Assembly (NCBI GenBank): GCA_038230955.1
Contig: JBBRMG010000002.1
Span: forward strand, 1,199-65,198
Reading direction: 5' to 3'
Source: Candidatus Doudnabacteria bacterium
Lineage (GTDB): Bacteria; Patescibacteriota; Doudnabacteria; UBA920
Length of the DNA stretch: 64,000 nucleotides
Made by a program: the position numbers and the translations under genes. Positions 51,446 through 60,378 of the stretch are shown piece after piece (positions within the stretch are counted from its first letter, which is position 1; each line of letters opens with the position of its first letter). Below the pieces are notes generated by a model that worked only from the letters and a program-made list of their open reading frames with translations, ran no database searches and was not told where the DNA came from.

Positions 51446-52099
51446 ATGTATCAAGTTATTGCTCAATATCATAATTTACTACAGCAAGGTTTTCTTGTAA
51501 CACTAGAGCTGCTCGGCAGTGTAATGCTTATCGGTGTTCCCCTAGGAATTATCCTGGGGGTAGTCGGTGGCAAATACAGTCCAGAGTTTGGTGTTGTAAT
51601 TAAAGCCGTCCGCTTTTTTACCAAAGTAGTTCCTGTGTTAGTGCTATTGTTCTGGCTACACTTTCCTTTGCAGGGTTTATTGAAAATAGTAGTCAATCCA
51701 TTCTGGACCACTATATTAGCTTTGAGCTTTGTTAATACATTTGCTGTCGCTGCATTGATAACCAATGAACTAAGTTTATTACCAAAGTCCTTTCGTGATT
51801 CGGGTATCACCTTGGGAATGTCGCAACGCCAAATAATCTGGTATATAGAGTTACCATTATTAACCCGGCGGGCGTTACCGCAAATATTGCTTGTACAGGC
51901 CGCAATGCTTGAATACACTTTGTTTGCTAGCTTGATTGGAACACCTGAATTATTCCGTACCGCTCAAACAATTAATGCAATGATTTATCAGCCGGTAGAA
52001 ATATACACATTATTAGTTGGATTCTTCTTTGCTATATTAGCACCGTTACATTTGTTAATTTCTTGGATTCAAAAAAAATATGCTTCACAGTATGCTTAA
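51446..52099 (+). CDS. Polar amino acid ABC permease (HisM/GlnP-like)
   Basis: GFLVTLEL, P.LVLLFW, EAA-like loop ..LGMS, SLIG.PEL. Confidence 0.88.
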   Translation: MYQVIAQYHNLLQQGFLVTLELLGSVMLIGVPLGIILGVVGGKYSPEFGVVIKAVRFFTKVVPVLVLLFWLHFPLQGLLKIVVNPFWTTILALSFVNTFAVAALITNELSLLPKSFRDSGITLGMSQRQIIWYIELPLLTRRALPQILLVQAAMLEYTLFASLIGTPELFRTAQTINAMIYQPVEIYTLLVGFFFAILAPLHLLISWIQKKYASQYA

Positions 52100-53210
52100 A
52101 ATTGAATACGCTACCAAAAACTTTAATCCTGATGGCGACTGTCGCGGTATTACCGACGTTTCATTCTCGGCTAACTATGGAGAGATAGTTTGCGTTCTCG
52201 GAGCTAGTGGTTCCGGTAAGAGCACATTACTTAGAGTGCTTGCTGGTCTGGAAAAGTTAGATAATGGAATACGGACTGTTGACCCCGGTATATTGGCTAG
52301 CTATGTCTCCCAAGAATATACTCTATGGCCTCATTTAACCGTGTTAGAAAATATGATTCTCGCACCTAAGCTTAATAAATCAGAGGTTAATGATGTGCAA
52401 AATGAAGCAGTGCAATTATTGCGGAGGTTTGATTTAGGTGATTACGCTAATGCTTACCCAGCAAATTTATCTGGAGGCCAGCGACAGCGAGTAGCTTTAC
52501 TCAGAGCAGTTATGATGAAGCCAAAAGTTTTATTGTTAGATGAAATTACATCAGCCCTAGACCCTGAATTAACGAAAGGCGTGCTCGATCTTATTAGGGC
52601 CTTAGCAAAAGATGGTTACGCTATGGTTATAGTTACTCATCATATGGCATTCGCTCAGTCGATTGCTGATCGCATTGTATTTATGAAACAAGGTAAAGTT
52701 GCCCAAGACATAGCGTCCATGCAATTTTTTACTGAACAAGCTGACCCACAGGTTCGGTCGTTTATTCTTGATATTGCAAAGCGTGATGAGTCAATAGAAA
52801 TATTTAAAGGAGCAGAACAGTTTCAGGCATATCATATGCAATTAATGAAGCGTTTACCGGAAGGCTCTACTATTCATGTTGCCGGTGCTGTCGGGGATGC
52901 TTGGTATGAACCGATGGGTCAATTCTATCAAGCATATGAAGACTTGCGTATTAAAAAACGGATCACCTGGAAAATGGTCACTTATAACCAAGGGGATACC
53001 GATCGTAAATTAGCTCAACAATTTCCAGAATTAAATCAGTTCAGAGAGATGCCTCGCTCTATTCAAAACCCATCTAATTACAATGTATTTGAAGACACAG
53101 TGATTACTCAAATATTTGGCGATGAGCCAACAATTATTCAAACGAAAAACCAAAAAATTGCTGATGGTTATATGAGGTTCTTTGAAGAGTTATGGGAAGC
53201 AGGAAAATAA
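52092..53210 (+). CDS. Polar amino acid ABC ATPase with C-terminal TrmB-effector-like domain
   Basis: GASGSGKST, LSGGQRQR, LLLDEITSALDP, VTHH; an extra ~140 aa ending FFEELWEA. Confidence 0.88.
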   Translation: MLKIEYATKNFNPDGDCRGITDVSFSANYGEIVCVLGASGSGKSTLLRVLAGLEKLDNGIRTVDPGILASYVSQEYTLWPHLTVLENMILAPKLNKSEVNDVQNEAVQLLRRFDLGDYANAYPANLSGGQRQRVALLRAVMMKPKVLLLDEITSALDPELTKGVLDLIRALAKDGYAMVIVTHHMAFAQSIADRIVFMKQGKVAQDIASMQFFTEQADPQVRSFILDIAKRDESIEIFKGAEQFQAYHMQLMKRLPEGSTIHVAGAVGDAWYEPMGQFYQAYEDLRIKKRITWKMVTYNQGDTDRKLAQQFPELNQFREMPRSIQNPSNYNVFEDTVITQIFGDEPTIIQTKNQKIADGYMRFFEELWEAGK

Positions 53211-53246
53211 AAATTCGGCATCTGCCGGATTGATATATTGTCTTCT

Positions 53247-53323
53247 TGGTGCGCGTGCCTGGATTCGAACCAGGGACCGTCAAGGTATAAGCTTGATGCT
53301 CTAACCAGCTGAGCTACACGCGC
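53247..53323 (-). tRNA. tRNA-Ile (anticodon UAU)
   Basis: GCGCGTGTAGCTCAGCTGGTTAGAGCA-TCAAG-CTTATAC-CTTGA-CGGTC-CCTGGTTCGAATCCAGG-CACGCGC-ACCA; complete cloverleaf. Confidence 0.93.
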
Positions 53324-53362
53324 TTAATTTGCCTATACATTATAGCGAAACCAGCCAGCCTT

Positions 53363-53953
53363 TTAAAGGCCCGTTATATCGAGTTTTTTAAGATACTTTA
53401 CCAGTGCACTGAAGTTATTTTGGTAGTGGTACGTCCTCATTCCTAGTTTACGCGCCGGTATTAAATTGACGGCCCGGTCGTCTATGAAAAGTGTTTCTTT
53501 TGGGTTGATGTTGTATTTACGAATTGTGTATTGATAGATGTTTAGATGCGGTTTGCGCATACCTAATCGGGATGAATTAATGAAAGGTACTCCTGCAACG
53601 TTCATGCCATTGTGTTTGATAATCAGAGCCGGCCAAGTTTTTTGATGATTAGATAGAATAAGTACTTGGTAATTTTTGCGCAATTTTTGGAGAATCTTAG
53701 ATGGCGGTAAAGCTTTCGATGTGGCCCAGAGTTTTCTCAGTTCTGTAACTGTAAATTGTGGTAGTAAAGTTTTTTGCATAACCTTCAGCAGAGTTGCTGA
53801 AGAGATTTTGCCCTCGTTGCTGTTGTGCATTGCATGAACGTATAAGCGCTGTTTGCTTTGAGGGAGTTTAGCGAAATGGTATTTTTTTTCAAGAGTCAAA
53901 GTAATCTCTTCTGCTAACACACCAGAAAAATCGAATATTATAGTTTTTATCAT
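53363..53953 (-). CDS. HAD-family hydrolase (YihX-like)
   Basis: IIFDFSGVL, LSN, KP and FIDD motifs. Confidence 0.9.
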   Translation of the reverse strand: MIKTIIFDFSGVLAEEITLTLEKKYHFAKLPQSKQRLYVHAMHNSNEGKISSATLLKVMQKTLLPQFTVTELRKLWATSKALPPSKILQKLRKNYQVLILSNHQKTWPALIIKHNGMNVAGVPFINSSRLGMRKPHLNIYQYTIRKYNINPKETLFIDDRAVNLIPARKLGMRTYHYQNNFSALVKYLKKLDITGL

Positions 53954-54049
53954 ATCCTAATTATAACTGAGCCATAGTATATTGGCCACACAATGTTAGA
54001 CCCAAAAGCCCCAGCAAAGGGGTAGCCAGGGCTCCGGGTGATGGGCCGT

Positions 54050-54120
54050 GCGGCGGATATGATTGGAATCGAACCAAATCCGAAAATTAAGCCAGACCGT
54101 CTGTTTTTCATATCCACCAC
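54050..54120 (-). ncRNA. Candidate tRNA-like / tmRNA-TLD-like small RNA
   Basis: 13-bp stem with G-U pairs valid only on the minus strand, T-arm TTGG-TTCGATT-CCAA, TACACT 5 nt upstream of the stem start. Confidence 0.4.
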
Positions 54121-54177
54121 AATTAAGTGTAAATAACGGGTCCTGAAGTTACGTTAAAAAAGTTATCAATTCTAAAT

Positions 54178-54277
54178 AAAAAATTCTCCAGAATGGAGAA
54201 TTTTTTAGGATATGAATGATCCGTTAGGATTCAATCGGTTCCGCCAGCAGCCAATTTCTACAAAAGATATTAGCTAC
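54178..54277 (-). ncRNA. Candidate ~100-nt small RNA
   Basis: Promoter TTGACT-16-TATAAT (54311-54284), 5' hairpin GUAGCUAAU/AUUGGCUGC, terminator AAAAAATTCTCC-attct-GGAGAATTTTTT. Confidence 0.45.
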
Positions 54278-54317
54278 TCCAGTATTATATTTCGCCATGC
54301 TATTAAGTCAATAGTTA

Positions 54318-56789
54318 TTAGACTAATGCCACGCTGGCAACAGTGTCGCCTTCCGCCATGCGCATGACGCGAACGCCTTGAGTAGCGCGGGATAAAGTAG
54401 AAATAGATTTCAGTGCAGTGCGAATAGTTTGGCCTTGTTTGGAAATAATGACCAAATCTTTTTCTTCTGTGCCATCGAGAATCATCATCGCCATAATTTT
54501 ACCGGTCTTGGCTGTAATTTTTACAGTCTTAATACCGCTGCCGGCTCGCTTCTGGACTTTGTAGTCAGATAGGGTAGTCTTTTTACCCAAACCATATTCG
54601 GTGACGACTAGTACCTCTAAGTTCTTAGTGTCGGTATCTTTGTGAATGACATCCATGGAAACAACATGGTCCCCTTTGCGCAGACGGATGCCGGTAACGC
54701 CGGCGGCTGACCGACCCATGACGCGAACATCAGTCTCTTTGAACCGAACAGCTTGGCCGTCTTCCGTAGTGAACATGACTTCGTCGCTACCGTTGCTGAA
54801 TTTAACCCACTTTAATTCATCGTCTCCTTTTAAGCCAATGGCAATCATGCCACTGCGACGAACTTTGGCGAATTCATCGCGCGATACTTTTTTCACCAAA
54901 CCGTTACGGGTGGCCATGACTACAAATTTGAGCGTGGTGTTTTTTGGTTCAGGTAATACGGCGGTGGAATATTCCCCTGCCCCTAGTTGCAAGAAGTTAA
55001 CCAAAGCTTGGCCTTTCCCAGTGCGTGCTCCTTCTGGAATTTCGTATGCTTTAGTGACAAACACGCGACCTTTGTTCGTAAAGAACATTAAGTTGTCGTG
55101 GGTATTAGCCGAGAACAGGTTGTCTATAATATCTTCTTCTTTCAGGGTCTGGCCAATAACACCCTTACCGCCACGGCTCTGTTGGCGGTAGGTGTCAGGA
55201 GTTAATCGTTTGATGTAACCGGACTTAGTAATAGAGATAATCGATTCGGTTTCTGGGATTAAATCTTCGGCATTGAACTGGCCAATGGCTGAGGGAATAA
55301 TTTGCGTGCGGCGGTCATCACCAAACTTTTGTTTGACTTCAGTAATTTCCCCTTTGATGATGTTCATAATCTTCTTGGGTGAACTCAAAATACCTTCCAG
55401 ATCAGCAATCAACGCTTTCTTTTCTTTCAGTTCGTCTTCAATTTTTTTACGCTCCAAACCAGCCAAGGTTTGTAGTCGCATATCCAAAATGGCTTGAGTC
55501 TGGATTTCAGAAAGTTTGAACTTTTTGATTAAATTTTGGAACGCTTCTTCGCGAGTGCTACTAGCTCGAATAGTTTTGATAACTTCATCAATATGATCCA
55601 ACGCTTTTTTTAAACCTTCTAAAATATGCTCGCGGTCCTTTGCCTTGCGTAGTTCAAATTCAGTGCGGCGACGGACTACAGTTTGGCGATGGAGTAAGTA
55701 GTTTTCTAAGATGCTTTTGATATTCAACACTTGGGGCTGAATGCCGTCTACCAAAGCCAAAGTGTTCATGTGGAACGTTTCTTGTAGCTGGGTGTAGGAG
55801 AATAACTGGTTGAGAATTTTATTGGCTAGTGCGTCCTTTTTCAGTTCGACAACAATACGGACGCCATCTTTGTCGCTTTCGTCACGGACATCTTTAATCC
55901 CTTCAATCTTTTTGTCGCGGACTAAATCGGCAATCCGTTCCAGCATTGTGGCTTTGTTTACTCGGTAAGGAATTTCTGTAATGAGAATGCGGTTGTTACC
56001 GTTTTTCATCTCTTCGATCTCGGTTTTGCCGCGCATAACAATGCCGCCCTTGCCGGTGGCATAAGCATTGCGGATAGCGGCAGCATCAAAAATTAACCCG
56101 CCGGTAGGAAAGTCAGGGCCCTTAACGATGTCGCACAACTGTTCCACAGTAGTGTCTGGGTTCTCTACCAAAGCCACAATGGCATCCACAATTTCGTTGA
56201 GGTTATGTGGCGGAATATCGGTGGCCATCCCCACAGCAATGCCCAATGTTCCATTGAGCAACAGGTTAGGCAGTTTCCCCGGTAGCGTTATCGGTTCTTT
56301 TTCAGTGGAGTCATAGTTGTCACGCCAGTCCACGGTTTCTTTGTCTAAATCTTCCAGCAGGACTTCAGCAATAGCCGACATCTTGGCCTCCGTGTAACGC
56401 ATAGCAGCAGCGCGATCCCCATCCATAGAACCAAAGTTTCCTTGGCCTTTAATGAGCGGATAGCGCATGGCAAAGTCTTGAGCCATGTGAACCATAGAAT
56501 CATATACAGCAGTGTCGCCGTGCGGGTGATACTTACCAAGCACTTCACCAACTACTTTAGCGGACTTTGTGGTTTTAGACGTGTGGCGCAGTCCCATGGT
56601 ATGCATGGCGTACAAAATGCGGCGATGCACCGGTTTCAATCCATCGCGGACATCTGGTAAAGCACGGGATACAATGACTGTCATGGCATAGTCTAAGTAT
56701 GACTCATGCATTTCACTTTCCAGTGTGCGTGGGCGAATGACACCAATGTTGGTGCTGCGTTCTTCTTGTCCTGATCCGTCTTTAGGCAT
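54318..56789 (-). CDS. gyrA: DNA gyrase subunit A
   Basis: RALPDVRDGLKPV, YHPHGD, AAMRYTE, GyrA-box QSRGGKG, C-terminal beta-pinwheel repeats. Confidence 0.98.
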   Translation of the reverse strand: MPKDGSGQEERSTNIGVIRPRTLESEMHESYLDYAMTVIVSRALPDVRDGLKPVHRRILYAMHTMGLRHTSKTTKSAKVVGEVLGKYHPHGDTAVYDSMVHMAQDFAMRYPLIKGQGNFGSMDGDRAAAMRYTEAKMSAIAEVLLEDLDKETVDWRDNYDSTEKEPITLPGKLPNLLLNGTLGIAVGMATDIPPHNLNEIVDAIVALVENPDTTVEQLCDIVKGPDFPTGGLIFDAAAIRNAYATGKGGIVMRGKTEIEEMKNGNNRILITEIPYRVNKATMLERIADLVRDKKIEGIKDVRDESDKDGVRIVVELKKDALANKILNQLFSYTQLQETFHMNTLALVDGIQPQVLNIKSILENYLLHRQTVVRRRTEFELRKAKDREHILEGLKKALDHIDEVIKTIRASSTREEAFQNLIKKFKLSEIQTQAILDMRLQTLAGLERKKIEDELKEKKALIADLEGILSSPKKIMNIIKGEITEVKQKFGDDRRTQIIPSAIGQFNAEDLIPETESIISITKSGYIKRLTPDTYRQQSRGGKGVIGQTLKEEDIIDNLFSANTHDNLMFFTNKGRVFVTKAYEIPEGARTGKGQALVNFLQLGAGEYSTAVLPEPKNTTLKFVVMATRNGLVKKVSRDEFAKVRRSGMIAIGLKGDDELKWVKFSNGSDEVMFTTEDGQAVRFKETDVRVMGRSAAGVTGIRLRKGDHVVSMDVIHKDTDTKNLEVLVVTEYGLGKKTTLSDYKVQKRAGSGIKTVKITAKTGKIMAMMILDGTEEKDLVIISKQGQTIRTALKSISTLSRATQGVRVMRMAEGDTVASVALV

Positions 56790-56794
56790 AGCGT

Positions 56795-57007
56795 TTACTT
56801 AATAGGTTTATTATAGTTGTCGCGCAAGTCATTCACTCCGCGCCCGGCTGTATCGAATAGGGTTGTGTCTTTTTGAACGTCTTTATGAATGCCGGCAGTA
56901 GCAATCCAAATAATAATTAAAATTAGAGCTGCCACGCCGCACCAAATCCAAATCATTCTGATTTTTTTTTCTTTTGGTTGGTTGCGAATGTTGTCTATGA
57001 ATGACAT
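56795..57007 (-). CDS. Small single-TM hypothetical protein
   Basis: 70-aa ORF tightly packed in an operon with gyrA. Confidence 0.7.
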   Translation of the reverse strand: MSFIDNIRNQPKEKKIRMIWIWCGVAALILIIIWIATAGIHKDVQKDTTLFDTAGRGVNDLRDNYNKPIK

Positions 57008-57018
57008 GGTGCAAGTAA

Positions 57019-57657
57019 TTAACGAAGCGGCTCAATCACAATAACTTTGGTGTTCTCTACTGGTATATCTTTTTTCTTGATGATCAATTTTTCCATGGTT
57101 TCACTTTTGCCACCCATCTCTTTGATAAAAGTTTCTAACTTGTCATATGGTAATGATAGCCCGGCAATTTCATAGTGAGATGGGATAACAATTTTTGGTT
57201 CAATTTCTAACACAACTTTGGCCGCATCTTTAGCGGTCATAACGCTGTTGCCGCCCACTGGCAAAATGAGGATGTCGATGTCGCCCAAGCCTTCCAGGTC
57301 ATCCTTGTCCATCGTAAATTCGCGTATATGGGTCAGGTTGAGGATTTTAATATCTTCGCTCTCAATTAAGTAAGTGGTAACGTAGCGAGTTTTGTCCCCC
57401 TCGTCTTGTTTTAGTGGGATACCCGTCACAGTGATGCCTTTAACATCATACTCGCCTGGATCACTCATGAGGAACGGTTCACCAGAAATGCCAGAGGTAG
57501 CATTGTACAGGGGGTTTGTTTTCTCGGCCAAAAGCAAACAATCGGCCGCTCCCCGGGGCGGAGTCAGACCAGATTGCTTGTCGAATGGGTCAGTAATGGC
57601 TGTCGCGTCTTTGGTGATAATCTTGAAGCTAGATAAGCCGAAATAGTGTATTTGCAT
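57019..57657 (-). CDS. Metallo-beta-lactamase-fold protein (HxHxDH motif absent)
   Basis: GLSSFKI, TDPF, PGEYDV, DILILPVGG and PKIVIPSHY motifs. Confidence 0.8.
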   Translation of the reverse strand: MQIHYFGLSSFKIITKDATAITDPFDKQSGLTPPRGAADCLLLAEKTNPLYNATSGISGEPFLMSDPGEYDVKGITVTGIPLKQDEGDKTRYVTTYLIESEDIKILNLTHIREFTMDKDDLEGLGDIDILILPVGGNSVMTAKDAAKVVLEIEPKIVIPSHYEIAGLSLPYDKLETFIKEMGGKSETMEKLIIKKKDIPVENTKVIVIEPLR

Positions 57658-57770
57658 AGGTTTTATATAGGGGTATTATAGCAATTTTGAGGGGTGATGA
57701 CAATAAAAAAACGCTCAAGTGGAAGGGTGAGCGTTCGAGCAAATTATATTTGCTCTAATAGGTTTTGCAG

Positions 57771-58580
57771 CTAGGTTGATCCGATGTTGGCGCTGCCCTG
57801 GGTCGGCCCGTCGCCGGCCGTCGCCGCTTCGGTTTTGGGCAGTCGTTCGTCCGAATAGTCGTAGGTAAACATTAGGATTGGATGTAACTTTTCTTTATCC
57901 AGAACGATTCCGAGACTGGAATTTATCGTTCTGAGGTATTGGTCTATTTCCCTCAGCAACTGTCGGATTGCCGCCGGTGACCTAGATGGATAATCTTTCT
58001 CCAGTTTATTTAGATTATCCTTTGCGTACGAGAGAATTATGTCGTGGACGATGTCCTGAAGAGTTGCACTTGCCTTCTTCGGATCGACTGATAGAGAGGG
58101 TCCAATATTTTCACTGACTTCCCTGTAGCATATGCCTGCGTTGCTGAACATGGTCGCTTCAGATATTATGGCGATACATCTGTAAGCTTCTTCAGGTTCA
58201 ATTTTCCCAGAAGTAAGTTTGGCATAAGCGACCTGGGCTATGTGCAATGTCTTGGCTCGTTCTTCGGCTATTTTTTGATTCTGGTTTGCCTTGTCTGCCG
58301 CCCAGCATTTTTCGTATTGTCCTATAACCATAAACCAGTCTCGAAGATCGCGGTGGACCTCAATCGGCGCGATATGATGTTTCGTCATAGCGTCTATCAT
58401 CTTTTTGCAATCAGCGGCATTGCTTTCCCCTAATCCTCGCCAGAGTGGCCCGTAAAGTCCTTTGCATCGTTTGAGTGCCCTCCATCGCATCACAGATTTG
58501 TTTGCGAATCTGCCCATCGATATAGATCCAATGGCCGCCAGCACTACCAATAAAATAAAGTAACTTGTTTCAATGTGCAT
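57771..58580 (-). CDS. Membrane-anchored hypothetical protein
   Basis: 269-aa ORF, N-terminal TM, AGGAG SD. Confidence 0.7.
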   Translation of the reverse strand: MHIETSYFILLVVLAAIGSISMGRFANKSVMRWRALKRCKGLYGPLWRGLGESNAADCKKMIDAMTKHHIAPIEVHRDLRDWFMVIGQYEKCWAADKANQNQKIAEERAKTLHIAQVAYAKLTSGKIEPEEAYRCIAIISEATMFSNAGICYREVSENIGPSLSVDPKKASATLQDIVHDIILSYAKDNLNKLEKDYPSRSPAAIRQLLREIDQYLRTINSSLGIVLDKEKLHPILMFTYDYSDERLPKTEAATAGDGPTQGSANIGST

Positions 58581-58900
58581 AATTTCTCCTGTCGAATTGT
58601 GGATTTTGTTTGTGTTTTTTGATTTTTGCCGGCACAGTAAAGATTGCCAGAATATAGCAGTCTAGCTGGATTCCGACCTCTTGTCAATGGCGTCTTCTTA
58701 TGGTATAGTACTGCTACTTACTGGTGCCAGTGCCATAAATTGAATAATAACCCCCGGTAAGTCTAAGTAACGGCACTGTTTAATAATTAATATATGAATA
58801 GCGTTTTTACATTTGCTCAACGTGTAATACGTTGATTTTTGTTTTTTGTGAAGCAAAAACAATTTATAGCAGAGCTCACATATATTAGGAAAGGTATTTT

Positions 58901-60244
58901 ATGGCAGAAGAAACATTAATTGAAGCTCAGACAACAGAAGGCGTAAAGCCGGAAGTTCAAGCTGTGAACACTGGTGTCATTACTGGTGATGCTGGTGCAC
59001 AGACCATGACTGATCTCATTGGCAGTGGTGCCGAAATCAAGGTCCTCAAAGCGGGCGACATGATTGAAGGAACTTTAATTACCGTTGGTAAGAATGAAGT
59101 TTACATTGACCTGGTTGGATACGGTGTTGGCGTAGTTCGTGGCCGGGAATTGTATGACGACCAAGCTACTCTCGCCTCTTTAAAACCTGGTGACCAAATT
59201 TTTGCGTCAGTTGTTGAAACTGAAAATAAAGACGGCAACGTTGAATTGTCATTGCGCCAAGCCGGACAAGAACGGGTATGGCAGAAATTACGTGACCTTA
59301 TGGATAGCAAAGAAATTGTATCAACCAAAATTTTGGCAGCCAACAAAGGCGGTCTTATGGTTGAGATTAACAATGTGATTGGTTTCTTGCCGGTATCCCA
59401 GTTGTCTTTGGAGCACTACCCTCGTGTTGAAGAAGGCGACAAGAATCGCATTCTGTCCGTGTTAAACACATATGTTGGGAGTAACTTTAATGTCCAAATT
59501 ATTACCGCTGACTCCAACGAAGAAAAACTGATCGTTTCTGAAAAGGCTGTATTTGAACAAGAAATGGAAGGCAAGTTGTCTCAGTTGAAGATTGCCGATG
59601 TTGTTACCGGTCAAGTCACCGGCGTTGTCGACTTCGGTGTATTCGTAAAGTTTGGTGAACTGGAAGGTTTGGTTCACATTTCCGAACTAGCCTGGCAGCG
59701 TATTGAAAATCCGAAAGATTTGTACCATGTTGGTGATTCAGTCACTGCAAAAATTATTGCTATCGACAAGGGTCGCGTATCTCTGTCTATTAAGCAACTC
59801 CAGCCAGATCCATGGCAGGAGTCGGTGAAGAAGTATGGCATTGGACAGGTAGTCAAAGGGACTATCTCCAAAGTTATGCCATTCGGCGTATTCGTTGAAT
59901 TAGATAAAGACATTCAAGGCTTGGCTCATTTAATGGAGCTGTCTCACGAGCCGGTAAAGTCCGCAGATGAGGTTGTAAAACCGGGCGAAGAATACGAGTT
60001 CAAGATTATTTCCATTGAACCGGCTGAGCATCGTTTGGGTTTGTCTATAAAGCAATTAACTGAAGCGCCGAAAAAGGCTGAGGGTGAAGCGGTTACCGAA
60101 CCTGTGGCCACAGAGACTGCGGCTCCCGAAGGTGCTGAAGAAGCTGCTCCTGCCATTGAAGAGGTAGAGAAAGCAAAAGCAGAAGAGACCTCTGCAGAGG
60201 AAGCTCCGGCGCCTGAAGTTAAAGAAGAAGTCAAAGCCGAATAA
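58901..60244 (+). CDS. rpsA: 30S ribosomal protein S1 (4 S1 domains plus acidic tail)
   Basis: NKGGL.V, GFLP.SQL, FGVFV..EGLVHISEL and RVSLSIKQ repeats. Confidence 0.93.
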   Translation: MAEETLIEAQTTEGVKPEVQAVNTGVITGDAGAQTMTDLIGSGAEIKVLKAGDMIEGTLITVGKNEVYIDLVGYGVGVVRGRELYDDQATLASLKPGDQIFASVVETENKDGNVELSLRQAGQERVWQKLRDLMDSKEIVSTKILAANKGGLMVEINNVIGFLPVSQLSLEHYPRVEEGDKNRILSVLNTYVGSNFNVQIITADSNEEKLIVSEKAVFEQEMEGKLSQLKIADVVTGQVTGVVDFGVFVKFGELEGLVHISELAWQRIENPKDLYHVGDSVTAKIIAIDKGRVSLSIKQLQPDPWQESVKKYGIGQVVKGTISKVMPFGVFVELDKDIQGLAHLMELSHEPVKSADEVVKPGEEYEFKIISIEPAEHRLGLSIKQLTEAPKKAEGEAVTEPVATETAAPEGAEEAAPAIEEVEKAKAEETSAEEAPAPEVKEEVKAE

Positions 60245-60260
60245 CATACGATAGAAATTT

Positions 60261-60292
60261 AAAAAGCCTCACTATTATAGTGAGGCTTTTTT
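60261..60292. terminator. Bidirectional terminator between rpsA and tRNA-Leu
   Basis: AAAAAGCCTCACTA-tta-TAGTGAGGCTTTTT. Confidence 0.85.
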
Positions 60293-60378
60293 GGTGCCCG
60301 AGGTGGGACTTGAACCCACATGCCTATTCGGCACGACATTTTAAGTGTCGCGAGTATAACCAATTTCTCCACTCGGGC
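60292..60378 (-). tRNA. tRNA-Leu (anticodon UAA)
   Basis: GCCCGAG..CGACA-CTTAAAA-TGTCG, long variable arm, GTGGGTTCAAGTCCCAC, CTCGGGC-ACCA. Confidence 0.95.

Noticed and set aside
49645-53246. TrmB3-ABC cluster as an integrated island at the tRNA-Ile 3' end
   Set aside because: No duplicated tRNA 3' end and no integrase found; adjacency alone is insufficient.
53985-54120. SRP RNA, RNase P RNA, c-di-GMP-I riboswitch or full tmRNA
   Set aside because: It lacks the SRP CAGG-GNRA-AGCAG motif, the RNase P GAGGAAAGUCC motif, the c-di-GMP P2 GAAA stem and any tmRNA tag region or G3:U70; kept only as an unclassified candidate.
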